Below are positions 34,679 to 59,909 of a stretch of DNA of 64,000 nucleotides, one piece after another. The stretch comes from Balanoglossus misakiensis. Lineage: Eukaryota > Animalia > Hemichordata. Both the position numbers and the translations under genes were made by a program. Below the pieces are notes generated by a model. The model saw only the letters and a program-made list of their open reading frames with translations, did not search any database and was not told the origin of the DNA. The stretch covers positions 7,119,705 through 7,183,704 of the forward strand of contig CM082587.2 in the NCBI GenBank assembly GCA_040954595.2, written 5' to 3'. Numbering within the stretch: position 1 is the stretch's first letter; each line of letters opens with the position of its first letter.

Positions 34679-37600
34679 CTGAAAAAGAAAAGATGAGACG
34701 CGGCCAGTTTATACGAGCACACCGAAAATATGGGATTAAAAATCACAGAGTACCATTCCTGAGCAGGACCTGATTAACCCGTCAGATGTTTTGGGTGAGT
34801 TTTCAGTAATCTCAATTGTCGTGTATATTAAAGAGTCCCGCCTTTCCTCCTGCCCATTGAGTCAGGTTGATGTGTCTACGTCTGCAAGAAGTCTTAGAAC
34901 CAGAACGGTGTATAAGACAAGTGCTTACCTTTTGATACTGACGGCGGATACCCTGGTTGGATACGTTTAGGATGTGAAAGAGCTGTTCGCGTCGATGAAA
35001 TGGTTAAAATTGCACCTTTATGTCAACTTAAATACCATTCTGAAGCTGTCACGTGAACATTTCCAAAACCGTATATATCACGTGAAAACATCGTGATGAA
35101 ATAAATACACCTGGAAGCCAAACTCAGTTTGCTGCTTTATAGCTGTGATTTGTACAGTTCAAAAGTGACGTGCCAGTACATGTTTCGACTCTAGCGAACT
35201 TAAATATCATTCTGTAGTTGTCACTTGAACATTACCAAAATCGACGGTCGCCCCCGCGAACTGCATGTGTCAACACCGTATACATCACCCATTTCATTTG
35301 TCATCATCGGTGTATGATTCTGCCGAATGATTTTCATAATGTTTAGGCAGCAGCCGATGTAACAGTTGCCTTCCAAGAAAAAAAAAATGTGCAGAATATT
35401 TGGATGATGGAATCTCCATAAAACGAAACAATTACACATGGAAAGGGTCAAACCTACTCAACTTAGCAAGTTTTACAGGGATGGTATTCCTGTCTTCAAG
35501 GCGATTGGCACACACTTGTACTTCTTCTTGTTTTCCGTGATGCTATCACCGTATCACGTGCGTGCATCTAATATGTCGACCAACCAACGTTAATGTTATG
35601 TGAAATATGTGCAACAATTAGATCAATTCAACTAGAAGTTTGGTTGTTTCTGTGGGTCAGTTACCAACTGCTGTTCGCGCGTTTTGGTGTCAAGAAAAAC
35701 TTCCACAATCACCCACGTCAGTTTAGGATGATGCAACGTAATGAAATCCACGAAATTAATAACATGTATTTAATAGGGAAATCGTCTTCATTGGATAAAT
35801 GAACGTGTAGCAACATTTATTTTGTATGATAACCATCGAATGTTCCTTCAATTATTTTAACCATTTCATCGACGCGAACAGCTCTTTCACATCCTAAACG
35901 TATCCAACCAGGGTATCCGCCGTCAGTATCAAAAGGTAAGCACTTTTCTTATACACCGTTCTGGTTCTAAGACTTCTTGCAGACGTAGACACATCAACCT
36001 GATTCCATAGGCAGGGGGAAAGGCGGGACTCTTTAATGTACACGACAATTGAGATTACCGAAAACTCACCAAAAACATCTGCCGGGTTATTCAGGTCCGC
36101 ACACAAAACATACATATTAACCCACGGCACATTTTTTTGTGAGTTTTCAAAGAGTCCCGCCTTTCTTCCTGCCTATTGAGTAGTCAGGTTAAGCTGTCTA
36201 CGTCTGCAGGAAGAAAAGAGCTTACCTTATACATGGAAACCTACTCAACTTCGCAAGGGCATTCTTGTCTTCAAGACAATTGGCACACACCTGGAATATG
36301 TACCACAATTAGATCAATTCAACTAGAAGTTTTGTTGTTTCTGTGGGTCAGTTACCAACTGCTGTTCGCGCGTTTTGGTGTCCAGAGAAACTTCCTCAAT
36401 CATCCACGTCAGTTTTGATGATGCAAGATCCATTGTGGACTGTGTTTAGTGGAAAACACAGTCGGAAAAAGTATGACCCCTTTTAACAGCAGACCTAACT
36501 ATTACAGTCATTACATGTCTTGTACATGTAATACAAACAGTGGCGCACTAGCGAAGAGTCTTGAAAGTGAAGACTACATCTCGTCTTCATCGCCAGCCTT
36601 TGCTTTGTGTCCGACACAGGAAGCCCCACTGCACTTCTATAACTGGAAAATAACATACTTATTTTTCAGTGGGGCTTCGTAAATATCGACCGCACTCCTG
36701 ATCAGTTATAATTAACTGAACTGCACTAGAAACATTGAGAGAGTGCGTATATTCATGCACTAGTAGAATAACAAAAGCCCAGCCTACTCTTTTATACAGA
36801 GGGCGCAGTAGCGTGTGACCTTTGACCTCCCATGAGTCAAACTTGCAGAACGCCATGTTCAGAGAGTGAGTGAAGTGTTCAGTCGTTGATCGGAAATTAA
36901 TTTTTTCGGCACTGGGAATTCTCTCGACATTCAACGCGAGTTTAATAACACAGTCGGTTCCAAAGGCAAGTATTGACTTGTATATCTCCCGAAAGTATCC
37001 GTTCATTTTTATATAGTCGCTCGTCGCCGACATCGCATCGCTCGAATTTACTGAAATTCAATATTGCACTGTCATAGGTTTGCGATCATCAGCAAGTGTG
37101 TCGCACAGTACCAGGTAAAGCCGCGAACCTAATGGGTTTGCATCATCTCGTGCCCATGATCAATTCCATCAAAACCGCGGAAAGCGTCAACGATTGCCTC
37201 AACAGGGCTGTGTACGGATTTTTTTTTTACAGATTTTGAAATTTACGTACACATACGTGTGTGCACTCATCATGGTGCGCTCATAGTAGTAGTAGTACAA
37301 TCATGTAAGAACTAAGACATGTACATGTAGAAAATGACATGCATTAGTACAAAAAAACTTCCTATTTATACTGCCGATTGTGGTATAGTTTTTAACTGTA
37401 TCATAACTGTATCTGACTGTGATGGAGTTCAAATAAACAATATTGATTCTCATGTGACAGAGAAACCCTGGTTCTCATGAAAGATGTGCATTATACACGC
37501 CATGTGCTGATTACATTTTGATGACAGCTGAGCAATATATTGCTTACTTGTACTTACTAGAATACAGGTAGCCATGCATACAGGTCTGTGTGTTCGCGGC

Positions 37601-38525
37601 GTTGCACGGCCTCCACCACAGATGGACAAATGAATATACATGTACATACACCAAAGAAAGAAAAATGTTCAAAAAATTATTTGAATAGATCTTTTTTACA
37701 CCAAAGTGAACAATGACATGAAAGACTAGTCAGTGATCTGATCAGTCAAGGTGACATTGCTCAGAGAACAAGTGATTACAGAGGTCACCTTGGACGTATT
37801 ATTTCGGAAAGAATGAATCCCAAGGACTGATTCTCATGAAAGAGGAAGTACTGCAAGGCATACTATTATGTGTGTCCCAATGGAGTGTCCTCGGCATAAA
37901 ACAATGTTGGTGATTGGATGTCTGCCTTGTTGAGAAGGCCAAGTCAGTGAATGAATCTTCAGGAGTTGTGGCATCTAGCAGATTACGTAAATTACGTATG
38001 AACATAATTTGCATATCCATGATTTGCTATTTCATGCATGATTTCCACCTTCTTTAGAGACTAATAGACATAAAAACATTTTCGACCTGTCTTTTTTTAT
38101 TATCTTGTCATATATTATTCAGTCTAAAATAATGTTAAGTTCTTTTCACTTTTTACGGGATATTTTGTAAGACCTAAGAATCGAAAACTTTTGTCATTTT
38201 AGCCCTTTGTAATTGTTATTGATTTATTTTATATGTTTATTTGATCGTTCACTTCAATAAAAACTGATTAAGATCATGACAGAATTATGCATCCAGCCAA
38301 AAACAGATTCTGTCAGTCACTTTCAAGTTTGAATATGTTTCAAATTTGGGGAAGCATCTAGGGACATACAGGTGTGTATTAAAATTTGAAACATTCAGTG
38401 TTGTGTATAGGCACACGGTTGTTATTTACAGTTGTACATTTACTTGTCACATAGACACACAGTTATATTGTTAAGTACATAGAGTTTGTTTCCTTTACAG
38501 GAATTAGTAAAGCTGTAACACCAGA

Positions 38526-50715
<12,190 letters not shown>

Positions 50716-53700
50716 GTCTGGCCACATGGTCGTATGTTGTCCCTACGTTTGTCCCTAAACATGGAACTGTTTATTCCAACTAGTCGACCCCCTCCTACTA
50801 ACATGCATCTCCCTAACTGTGTGATAATCAGAGTAGTTGACAGAATATTTCTGCTTTTCTAATGTTGATATATTGACTCATTAGACCAGCACTAACAGCA
50901 TGAGCTGAATGTACAATCAGATAGTATAAATATGCATATATAGTAATACATAGGAATACATACTTGTATTTATACACCTGCTGCCGTAACCTACATGTAT
51001 GGTATTCTACCATACACTTTGTGCCTGTATTAGTACACATAGTTCCAATACAGCTGACATGGTCGCCTTTGTGTGCTCATTGTACTCACCACTGAAGCAT
51101 CATAATATTTTGGCTGCATTCCAGTTCATTTGCTTAAATTTTGTAGTATTGTTGGCAGCTTCGATTTTGTCAGCAGCTTTGATTCCATGGCAGGCAGCTT
51201 TTTGCTTCACCAAGCTCGCTGCACAGTGGTGTTATGTGGACGTTTAATGAAAGGGAGGTGTGTAATGGAAATACTTGGGGCTCTGTGCGCAAGGGACTCA
51301 TTTGTGGCCCATTTTAATACTTTGCACACAGAGCCCTTGTCCGTACTCGGTCGTATTTTGTGAATAATCGTACAGTGTTTTCCTATAGGCATTTATATAC
51401 ATTGTATTTATTTGTAGTGACTTGTATATGGCCGTTGAATTTGATGTAAATGTAGCATATTGCATCTTCTATTATACACTAAACATTGATACAGTTAACA
51501 GGTCGATCTGCCTGTAATCTGCTTGATTCCCACTGTTGCAATCTTAACCGTATTGCTTGAAAAAAATTTTAAGTTTCTGTACTATGGGGTTTGCTTATAT
51601 ACTTGTAGTCCATTCATAGTTTTTAAGTGTTATAGGTGATGTATGCACTGAGAGATAAAACGCACATAATAAGTTTTCTCCTCAATTTCTAACTATGCAT
51701 TCTAAAGTAGAATCCAGAAAGGGAATCCATTGTGGGCACTGTACTCACCCGATGAGGGAGCCCTCTGGTGTCAGAGATAAACAGCAGTGCCACGCTTTGG
51801 GAATCACGTAGGTTGTCACGGTTACATGTTGCAGCTGTTAAAATGTCCCTTGTCCCTTGAGTTTAAATACCTTATATAATCCATTATTGTAAAATTACTG
51901 ACATTACAATACATTGATAACTACTTTCAACACACTCATTGCTACTCTTAAATCTCGAGTACCTGTACTAGAGTTTTCAACTCACTGCTCCAACCCCCTC
52001 ACTCCCATACAATGGTTTAATCCCATTGTTTGAGATAGTGTGGTTGGGTCTATATGTACAGACAAGGGGTGCAAGGGTTTACACTTGATATCGGGAAACC
52101 TATTAATTAACCACCATTGATTAGTTCTACCACTTCTCAAGGCTGTTTTAATTGCATAGAAAGTCACTGAACTTTAATACTATTCAATAATCTAGATATA
52201 ATAACCACATGTTTAATAATCTCATTGGAACATTAGATCTTACACTAATATTCATCTCGTTTGAAATCGATGTTGAAATTAATACTTTTTCTGTGGATTG
52301 ATAGCTGGCAGGTTGTGTTTGTTACTCGATGGTAATTGATGAAAAGCTGATCAAAGCTGAACGGGTGCTCTACTCAGTGGAATGTATGTTATGTCAGATC
52401 ACGAGATCGGAACTTGTCTGTCTGTGTGTGTAAGAGGGTTGTCTTGTGTGATGTTTGGAAGAAATATACAAAATATTGCGTGGGTGAGTTGATTTTCATA
52501 TATTTATTGAATTGATTAGATATATATAGTCAGTCAGTTCCCTTGATTGAGTACATGTTATGTTCAGTTCTGTATTTTGTAGCTGGCTGCCATATATAAA
52601 AAAGTACATTTTCTGTGTTACTGCGGTACTTGCGCAAATGCTGTGAAGTTATACTTAGTTTTTTTATTAGTTGTTAGACAATTTCTGCTCTTTGGTACTG
52701 TGTATCAAATAGAGATTTGCATCCAAACCCGGTCTTGTCCGAAACACGAATGAAGAATTTAGGAAGTTGCAGTTTTATTATTCAATTTTTGTTCAACTTA
52801 ATTTCTGAGTGCGCAGCTGTACTTTGTGTTTTACGAGTTTGCTTTCTTGACAAATAACCCTCAGAGTCTGTTCAGCGGCATCTATGTTGCCTAGGAGATA
52901 GAAACCAGAATTTCTCACGTTCCTGGCCGGTTAGAGTGTGGGATCATCGATGTGGAATTAATTGATCCCGTAGATTCAAAAGAGTTGTACAACTTGAGTG
53001 TTGATTGGATGTTAGCTGTGTGATGATAAACACATGCAAAATATTATCCAATGACGCGGTGTGTTGTACATGGACAGGATCTACTTCATTATATTCAGGC
53101 CACTGTAATGTGATGTGATGTGATGTGATATTATATGATGTAACAGTACTTTCTGAATACACGTAATTGGATTACTAGAAAAGCTCTTAAAATGCATTTA
53201 TTTGTTCGACAAAAACTCAGTACAGTCACTCTGGGGAAAATGGCATTTTTGAAGAAATTGAGAGTCGTGGAATTTTGAATGGAACATTGTCAATGTAATG
53301 TATGCCAGTATTTGTCTCAAGTTTATTCAGTCAAATCTGTACTTTATGATTGTGATATTTTGACCAAACTTTACATTTATTGTTGTGGGCGCTATGATCC
53401 ACTGAATCTTGGAATATTTTCTGTTGATTTTAATTAATATACTGGGCTTGGAGATGAGAAGGGCATTTTGAGATTTCTATGAAAATTGTACTGAGTCGGA
53501 AACTGTTATTGGAAAGTGGAGGAAATAAATTTTTGGGAATTGTCATGAGAACTTTGTAGTTCGTTTATGTGTGTGGGGTTGGGTGGGGGGTTGTGCACTA
53601 GCTTTTGGCGGATGAATACATTGTACTACATTCCCTAGCAACCCAACAAATCGTGCAGTGTGTGACCACCTGTCCTGTTCCCATAGAAACAACTCAGAGC

Positions 53701-53879
53701 AAATAATGTAAAACGAGTAAATATTAATGCAGCTATAGATAACACAGTTTTACAAGTAGAGCCTAAACCATCATTGTATATCAGCCACGTGGACTTATCA
53801 TTTCCGATATCGTCGACCAACAATTTAACTTTATTTCAAATCTATTAGACAGCAGACGTCGCCATCTTGTACAAACAAG

Positions 53880-55214
53880 ATGGCCGTGATGAGACTGTTG
53901 GCAACGCGCATCCCGTTTATCGTGGTGGCCGTCTCTGTTTTGTTTTGGATTAATGCAGATGCTATGATTGACAAGGTGAAGACGTACAAGTATTTTAATA
54001 AAGGTGAGGAAACGTGACCCCCTTTTTTATAGAAAATCTTGGGTGACATCATCCGAATCTTCTGTATTATTTTTGATACCGTTTATAAATGTGCATTTAC
54101 ATTTACATCAATTTTTTTGCTTCCCAGTCCCAACTTTTAATGCCGAACATATTTCCCCATTCTTCCCATTTCATTGGCTGGTCGTCACCACGTGCTTCTT
54201 CTTTTGACCTCAACAAACCACAAAATGGTTTTCTCATCTCCTATTAACTTGAAATCACACAATCGTACAAATAGTAGGATTATATAAGAATCGTTTCCTT
54301 CCTCTATATCTGAACAGTGAGACCTACATCAATACGGGACATCAGTTACCTGAAACCCAATCGTAAAATAAAGTTCTGGTCTGGAAGAAGAGGTAAGCAT
54401 CGAACCTTTGAAAATGCTATTAACACCCAAAAAGAGATTTTTTAACGATAAATAAGCACGCAAAATCATAAAACCATGATTATGAAAATACCATGTGTTT
54501 GTCTGAGTAACTCGTTGATTGCAGCTCTGTCAATTTCTTTTCGATTTCTATTTGATAGATTGTCAGGATTATTACGACTCCGGGTTTCGTCAGAATGGTG
54601 TGTACGAGATCCTCCCAAGATACGTGAAGCGGCCGTATCTCGCATATTGCGAGATGGATGTCGACAATGGCTACGGTTGGACGGTGATTCAGAGACGAAC
54701 TGACGGATCACAATATTTCCTTCGGGTTTGGGATGATTATAAAGCGGGGTTTGGAAGCGTTCTGAACGAGGTGTGGTTGGGAAACGAGGCAATATTTCGG
54801 ATAACAAACGGAAATGGACGAAACTACGAACTTCTCGTCGAATTATCGGACTTGGATGGAAACGACTACAGCGCCCTTTACAGTTTGTTTCGCATCAAGG
54901 ACGAACGTTACCATTACAAACTGAAACTGGGTAAATTTCTCGGTGGCTCTGCGAACGATTCTCTTAGCGTTCACAGAGGCGCACATTTCTCGACCGTCGA
55001 CAAAGACTACGACGACTCCGCAACGGAACACTGTGGTCGAATATACAAGGGCGGTTGGTGGTTTAAAGATTGTGCAACTATAGAATCAAATTTGAACGGA
55101 GAATATTACAAGAGCTTTGTAACACCACCTAGCAGACATGGCGTCTTTTGGTTTGGGTTTGGTGGCCAGCATTACTCATATTTGTACGCGACTATGAAAA
55201 TACGCCCAGTCTAA
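53880..55214 (+). CDS. Secreted fibrinogen-related domain (FReD) protein 1, 3 exons: ~53880-54003, ~54319-54392, ~54559-55214
   Basis: Signal peptide MAVMRLLATRIPFIVVAVSVLFWINADA. FReD motifs DCQD, YCEMD, GWTVIQRRTDGS, WDDYKAGFG, WLGNE, FSTVDKD, GGWWFKDC, SNLNG and MKIRP. Confidence 0.93.
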
Positions 55215-55537
55215 AATTCGAAGCATTGAAGGCAAGCAAATAGTGAGGAAATATTGCATTACATTTGTAAATATCATTGAGAACAGGCCATTTAAGTACA
55301 CGTGGATACGTAATTTGCCAACGATAAAACTGTATCTACAGCTGTCAAATAAGATAAGAAATTAAAATTAAAGGGAAAAAAACTAGTAGAGATATTGGAA
55401 TGGGATTGCTCTAGACATGCATAAATTAAAGGTAGGAGCGTATCGTGACCTCACGCATCCAAGGTGAGACCAAAGAACAAACGGATAATTTGGTCAAATT
55501 TGAACTACTCGCGGGTGTCCCTTGTCTTAAATTACAA

Positions 55538-55652
55538 AATGAATGAATGAATGAATGAATGAATGAATGAATGAATGAATGAATGAATGAATGAATGAAT
55601 GGATGAATGAATGAATGAATGAATGAATGAATGAATGAATGAATGAATGAAA
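55538..55652. repeat. (TGAA)n microsatellite
   Basis: About 28 nearly perfect units. Confidence 0.95.
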
Positions 55653-56618
55653 AGAAAGCGACGTATTTCTTGCGATCGGTACAAATGTTGTTTTAGCCTA
55701 AATGGTTCACCTGTCACCTACCATGCAATCTCGAACGTTTATGATGTAAAAAAACGCCACGGTATAGGAGATATAAACATCATGATAGACAAGGCTAAAT
55801 TTTATCAAGCATTTGAAACATGACAAGAAAGGGTGTCATTGATCAGATAAGAAACCCAAACACGCAGTGCGTGATGTGCATATGAGTTGAAAGAATACTA
55901 CACTCTCTCGTCATTGACCAGGTGACCGACAAAGCAGATGTCCCGTTCCCACATGTGAGGTGCATGTGACAATAGCAAATAGACCAATATTAAATTTACA
56001 GTTGGAAACGGCTGAATTTCCAAGCATCGCAGTACTACTATGCGCCAGACTGGTTTTACAGGATAATATTCAAGATCAAATTAATATGTATATATAGTCA
56101 GTCACATTAATTCAAAATTTTACGCTAAAAGTTGTCTCGCTTCAGTGTATACACAATACGACAATTTGGGTCACGGTGTACATGTACATATATTCACTTC
56201 ATGGGAACAGCAGTGGTCTCTTGTTGGTGTCCTGCCAAAAGTGATATATTCATCGTATTAAAAGGCCGAGATATCGGTTGATGTTAAAAAGTTGGGACCG
56301 AGTCGTCTGACCAGATCTTAGAGTTAGTTAAAATTTATGATTAAAAAGCTTCGAATTGGAACGACTTCCCCCCTTATCTTGACAACAAACACAATCATGA
56401 ATGAATGACAAAAACAGCCAGGCAGAAAATGAATAAATATTAATACAGTCCGATAAGATAGTTTCTTTAAGGCATCAATGTGTGCCAGCCACGTGGACCA
56501 CTCATTTTCCACACCGTGGACTATCAAATCGTTCTTAACCACGACCGGCCGACAAAAATCCGCTCCTGCCGAATTCGAACTTCGATACTGGGGAGAGATA
56601 ACTGTCTCCGTGTCAACC

Positions 56619-58417
56619 ATGTTTTCAACGAGCGTCCCATTTGCTGTGTCCATCGTTGTACTGTGTTTGGTTAACTGTAAGAGTGCAGATGCATTGTCAG
56701 ACGAAGTGAAGTATAAGTATATGGACAAAGGTAAAACAATTATATTTGCTATTTTTCGAAAAACGTAGCCTTAGTCTTCCGCCGGTTATACAGGTACAGA
56801 CATCAGTTGGTAGCAGCTTCTATCCATTAGCGTACCACCTTCTCCCCAAGAAGGAAGGCTCCCTCGCCCCTCCCTACTAGACTCCACCGCTTCCCACCAT
56901 CACCAATCCTACATCCTACTTCTAAACATCTGTCGTCTACCTCGGAGTTTAGCATCGTTTGGTCAAACATACACACAGGTACACCCACCTCCACACTACA
57001 CATCTCCACGTGCTTTTTCTTAACAATATAAAACCCATTCTACAGTAACTATACATTTTCGACTGGTCGTCGTCACGTGGTTCTTGGATGTATTTTGGAC
57101 CCTATAAAATCTACCATATGGTGTTGGTCTCTCCCGCCAGCAAAACATTTCACACACCAGTCCAATCTGACTAAAATCAAACGTAGCATTGCGGACTTGA
57201 TCTTCACATTTGCTGGTTCTTTGCTGTTCTGTTCTCGGACGTACGCCGCATTACATCTGGTTTTAGTCGGACTGACATCAGTTTTCTTGTCCACACATCA
57301 ACAGATACGTCGGTGAGAGACATCAACAAACTGGTACATCGTGATCATGTAACATTCTGGACGGGAAGAAGAGGTAAGTATCGAAACGTGTTTATATTAT
57401 AATAGCGCTTCTTTTTGGCACCAATTGTGAAACATTCTTGAATGGCTTGTAACTACAAACCATACATAAATTCATAATAGCAAAGACTCGTTTCGTATCC
57501 TAGCTCAACGCGCAAGATTATACAACTGTATTATTGTGAAGACGAATTTTCTATCTGTGAAAGGTCAAGGAAAGGGTTTTGTATAGTCTTAGTTCAAAAT
57601 ACAGACAGCCAGAAGTTTCTTATAGTCTTCAAAAGACACACACACACTCAGACTGATTGATTGACAATGACATAAAGTACATGTATAAAGATACACTCGT
57701 TTTACTATATCTTTGTGTTTGTTAGATTGCCAAGATCTTTACGATGCCGGGTTTCGTCAGAATGGCCTGTACGAGATTACACCCAGATACGTGAAAGGGC
57801 CTTACCTTGTGTATTGCGATATGGACGCCGATTCGGGCCACGGGTGGACGGTTATTCAGCGACGAACGGACGGATCACAGAACTTCCTTCGCGTTTGGGA
57901 TGACTACAGAGAAGGATTTGGAAACCTTCTGAACGAGGTGTGGCTGGGAAACGAGCCTATGTTTCGAATTACAAGCGCAAACGGACGAAACTACGAACTT
58001 CTCGTCGAATTGTCGGACTTGGATGGAAACGACTTCAGCGCCCTCTACAGCTTATTTCGCGTCAAAGGTGACCGGTACCGCTACAAACTGAAACTGGGCA
58101 AATTTCTCGGCGGCTCCGCCAACGATTCTTTAAGTTTTCACAACGGCGCGTATTTCTCGACCATTGACAGAGACTTTGACGATGCTGAAGGTAAGCACTG
58201 CGCTCACAAATACAAGGGCGGCTGGTGGTTCAAGGACTGCCTGGAATCAAATCTGAACGGGGAATATCACGCGGACACCCTTTCGCCCAGCGGCCACGGC
58301 GTTTACTGGTTCTGGTTGGGCGGCAATTACAACATGTCCTACGTTTATGCTTCCATGAAAATCCGCCCGGTCCAATCTTCGAAACGTAAACGCCGACCAA
58401 AGAAGGTTAAGAAGTAG
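56619..58417 (+). CDS. Secreted FReD protein 2 (tandem paralogue), 3 exons: 56619-56730, ~57305-57373, ~57726-58417
   Basis: Signal peptide MFSTSVPFAVSIVVLCLVNCKSADA. Same exon structure and FReD motifs as FReD1, with a basic C-terminal tail. Confidence 0.93.
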
Positions 58418-59693
58418 GGCCGAAGAATGTATTGCGTTGTCTCACATAGGCCTACTGATCAGATAAAGGTGTGTCATCGAACATTTGGACAATAGAATGA
58501 TCGATGCCATTAATTTTTGGAAATTAATTCGTGAACGTGGAAAGATGTGTTGCATGTTGGTCTCCTGGAGAATTACTCATTCCAATACATGCTCTTTTTT
58601 CTAGGGATGTTCACAGTTTTTGTATTGTACTTTAAAAAATCGTTCACTGTATTCACTCACACTGATGTACTGTGTTACCTGCCATTTGTAACATTTGGCA
58701 TTGTTTTAATATAATAAAACATCCTATTTTGCTCCCGGACCCCGCTCCTTAAATTTACACAATGATCTAGCTCATAATATATGTGCAATTGTTGACGTCC
58801 CCCATCAGTAAATACTGAACAAATTCAAAGTCGAATATCCCTGGAGAGGAAAATCAAATCACACAGTTCCGATGTGCGCTAGATAGTCTGTGCATCTCAA
58901 CAGTCGTCTGGTCATGATGATCGAGCAAGCAAGGAAGCAAGCAAGCAAGCGAGTGAAGGCTGGGCCAACGCTACAGAAGTTTATGTAGACTTTGGTATAT
59001 GGACCCTCATTTAGATCAATATGGTTAAAAATGGATTCTACTACAACACACCTGATTTCCTTATTGTCCGAATGCCATAAATTCTTTTTGGTCCTGGTGT
59101 CGGAGCCCCGCGCAGCTGAACTTTGAAGCCACTGCCCAAAATGTAGACCAACGCGTTGAATAAAATAAAATATACTTCAGCAACATAGGCCCAAGCATGA
59201 TTGGAGTGAGCGTGTTCAGATTGTTGTGAGCTTCATTCATTCATTCAGATTTATGGTACAAGGCTCTGCACATCACGGAAAAAAGTCAGTAACATAAGCA
59301 ATTGAAAAAGAAAAAGTTGTAAATCAGCAATACATAAAGTCGATCCATTCACATACCCCACCCCCCAAAAAAGTCACGGGTCAAAAATGTAAAAACGCTG
59401 TGTGTATCCCGGCGTTACACAGCCTCCAGCGTGTGATGCCGGAGTTTGGAAGCCGTGTAACGCCTGGAACACACAGACTTATACCATGACGCAGGCCAGG
59501 CCAGGCTGGCGCCGTGTTGCTGCGATTCTGTAGCCATTGCAAAAGCGTAGATGTCATCCTTGAAATTTCTATCTGCAGACTATTGAAATAAATATACAGT
59601 CTGACTGATAGGCCTAATTTCAATTGCGGTGATTGACTAATCAATATTTCAGATCGCTTGCGTAAGACAGAAGCTCTGACAGTACTGGTACTA

Positions 59694-59909
59694 TGACGTC
59701 ATTATTATCAGTCTTCCCAGCTATTGAAATTTAAATAAGGGTCAAAGGTCAATTGCTGTGCACGCTCCGAGTTCGAAATGGAAAAGTACTAGCCATGACC
59801 ACGATATATACAATACACCAGGAACAGTGTAGACGAGACACCAGCCGTTGACGGAAGCCCATCGGTGGAAATACACGAGTCTGTTCATTTAATTTGTGAA
59901 AAGAAATTG
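59694..59909 (+). promoter_or_regulatory. Putative promoter and non-coding first exon of the PLP lyase gene (CRE, DR1, two uORFs)
   Basis: TGACGTCA at 59694-59701, GGGTCAAAGGTCA at 59739-59751 and a strong donor (TG|gtaagt) at 59909/59910. An acceptor at 61405 precedes the ATG. Confidence 0.45.

Larger units (their letters stand above)
24624..36814. repeat. Complex segmental duplication block (direct and inverted repeats) containing the C1q cluster
   Basis: Direct repeats: 24624-26010 with 28643-30030; 33055-33839 with 35853-36641; 28306-28645 with 36469-36814. Inverted repeats: 27174-28244 with 30451-31522; ~31640-32775 with ~33670-34768. Confidence 0.9.

Noticed and set aside
50716-53530. 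ORFs downstream of USP20
   Set aside because: The region is T-rich, ends at an AATAAA, and is best read as a long 3'UTR.
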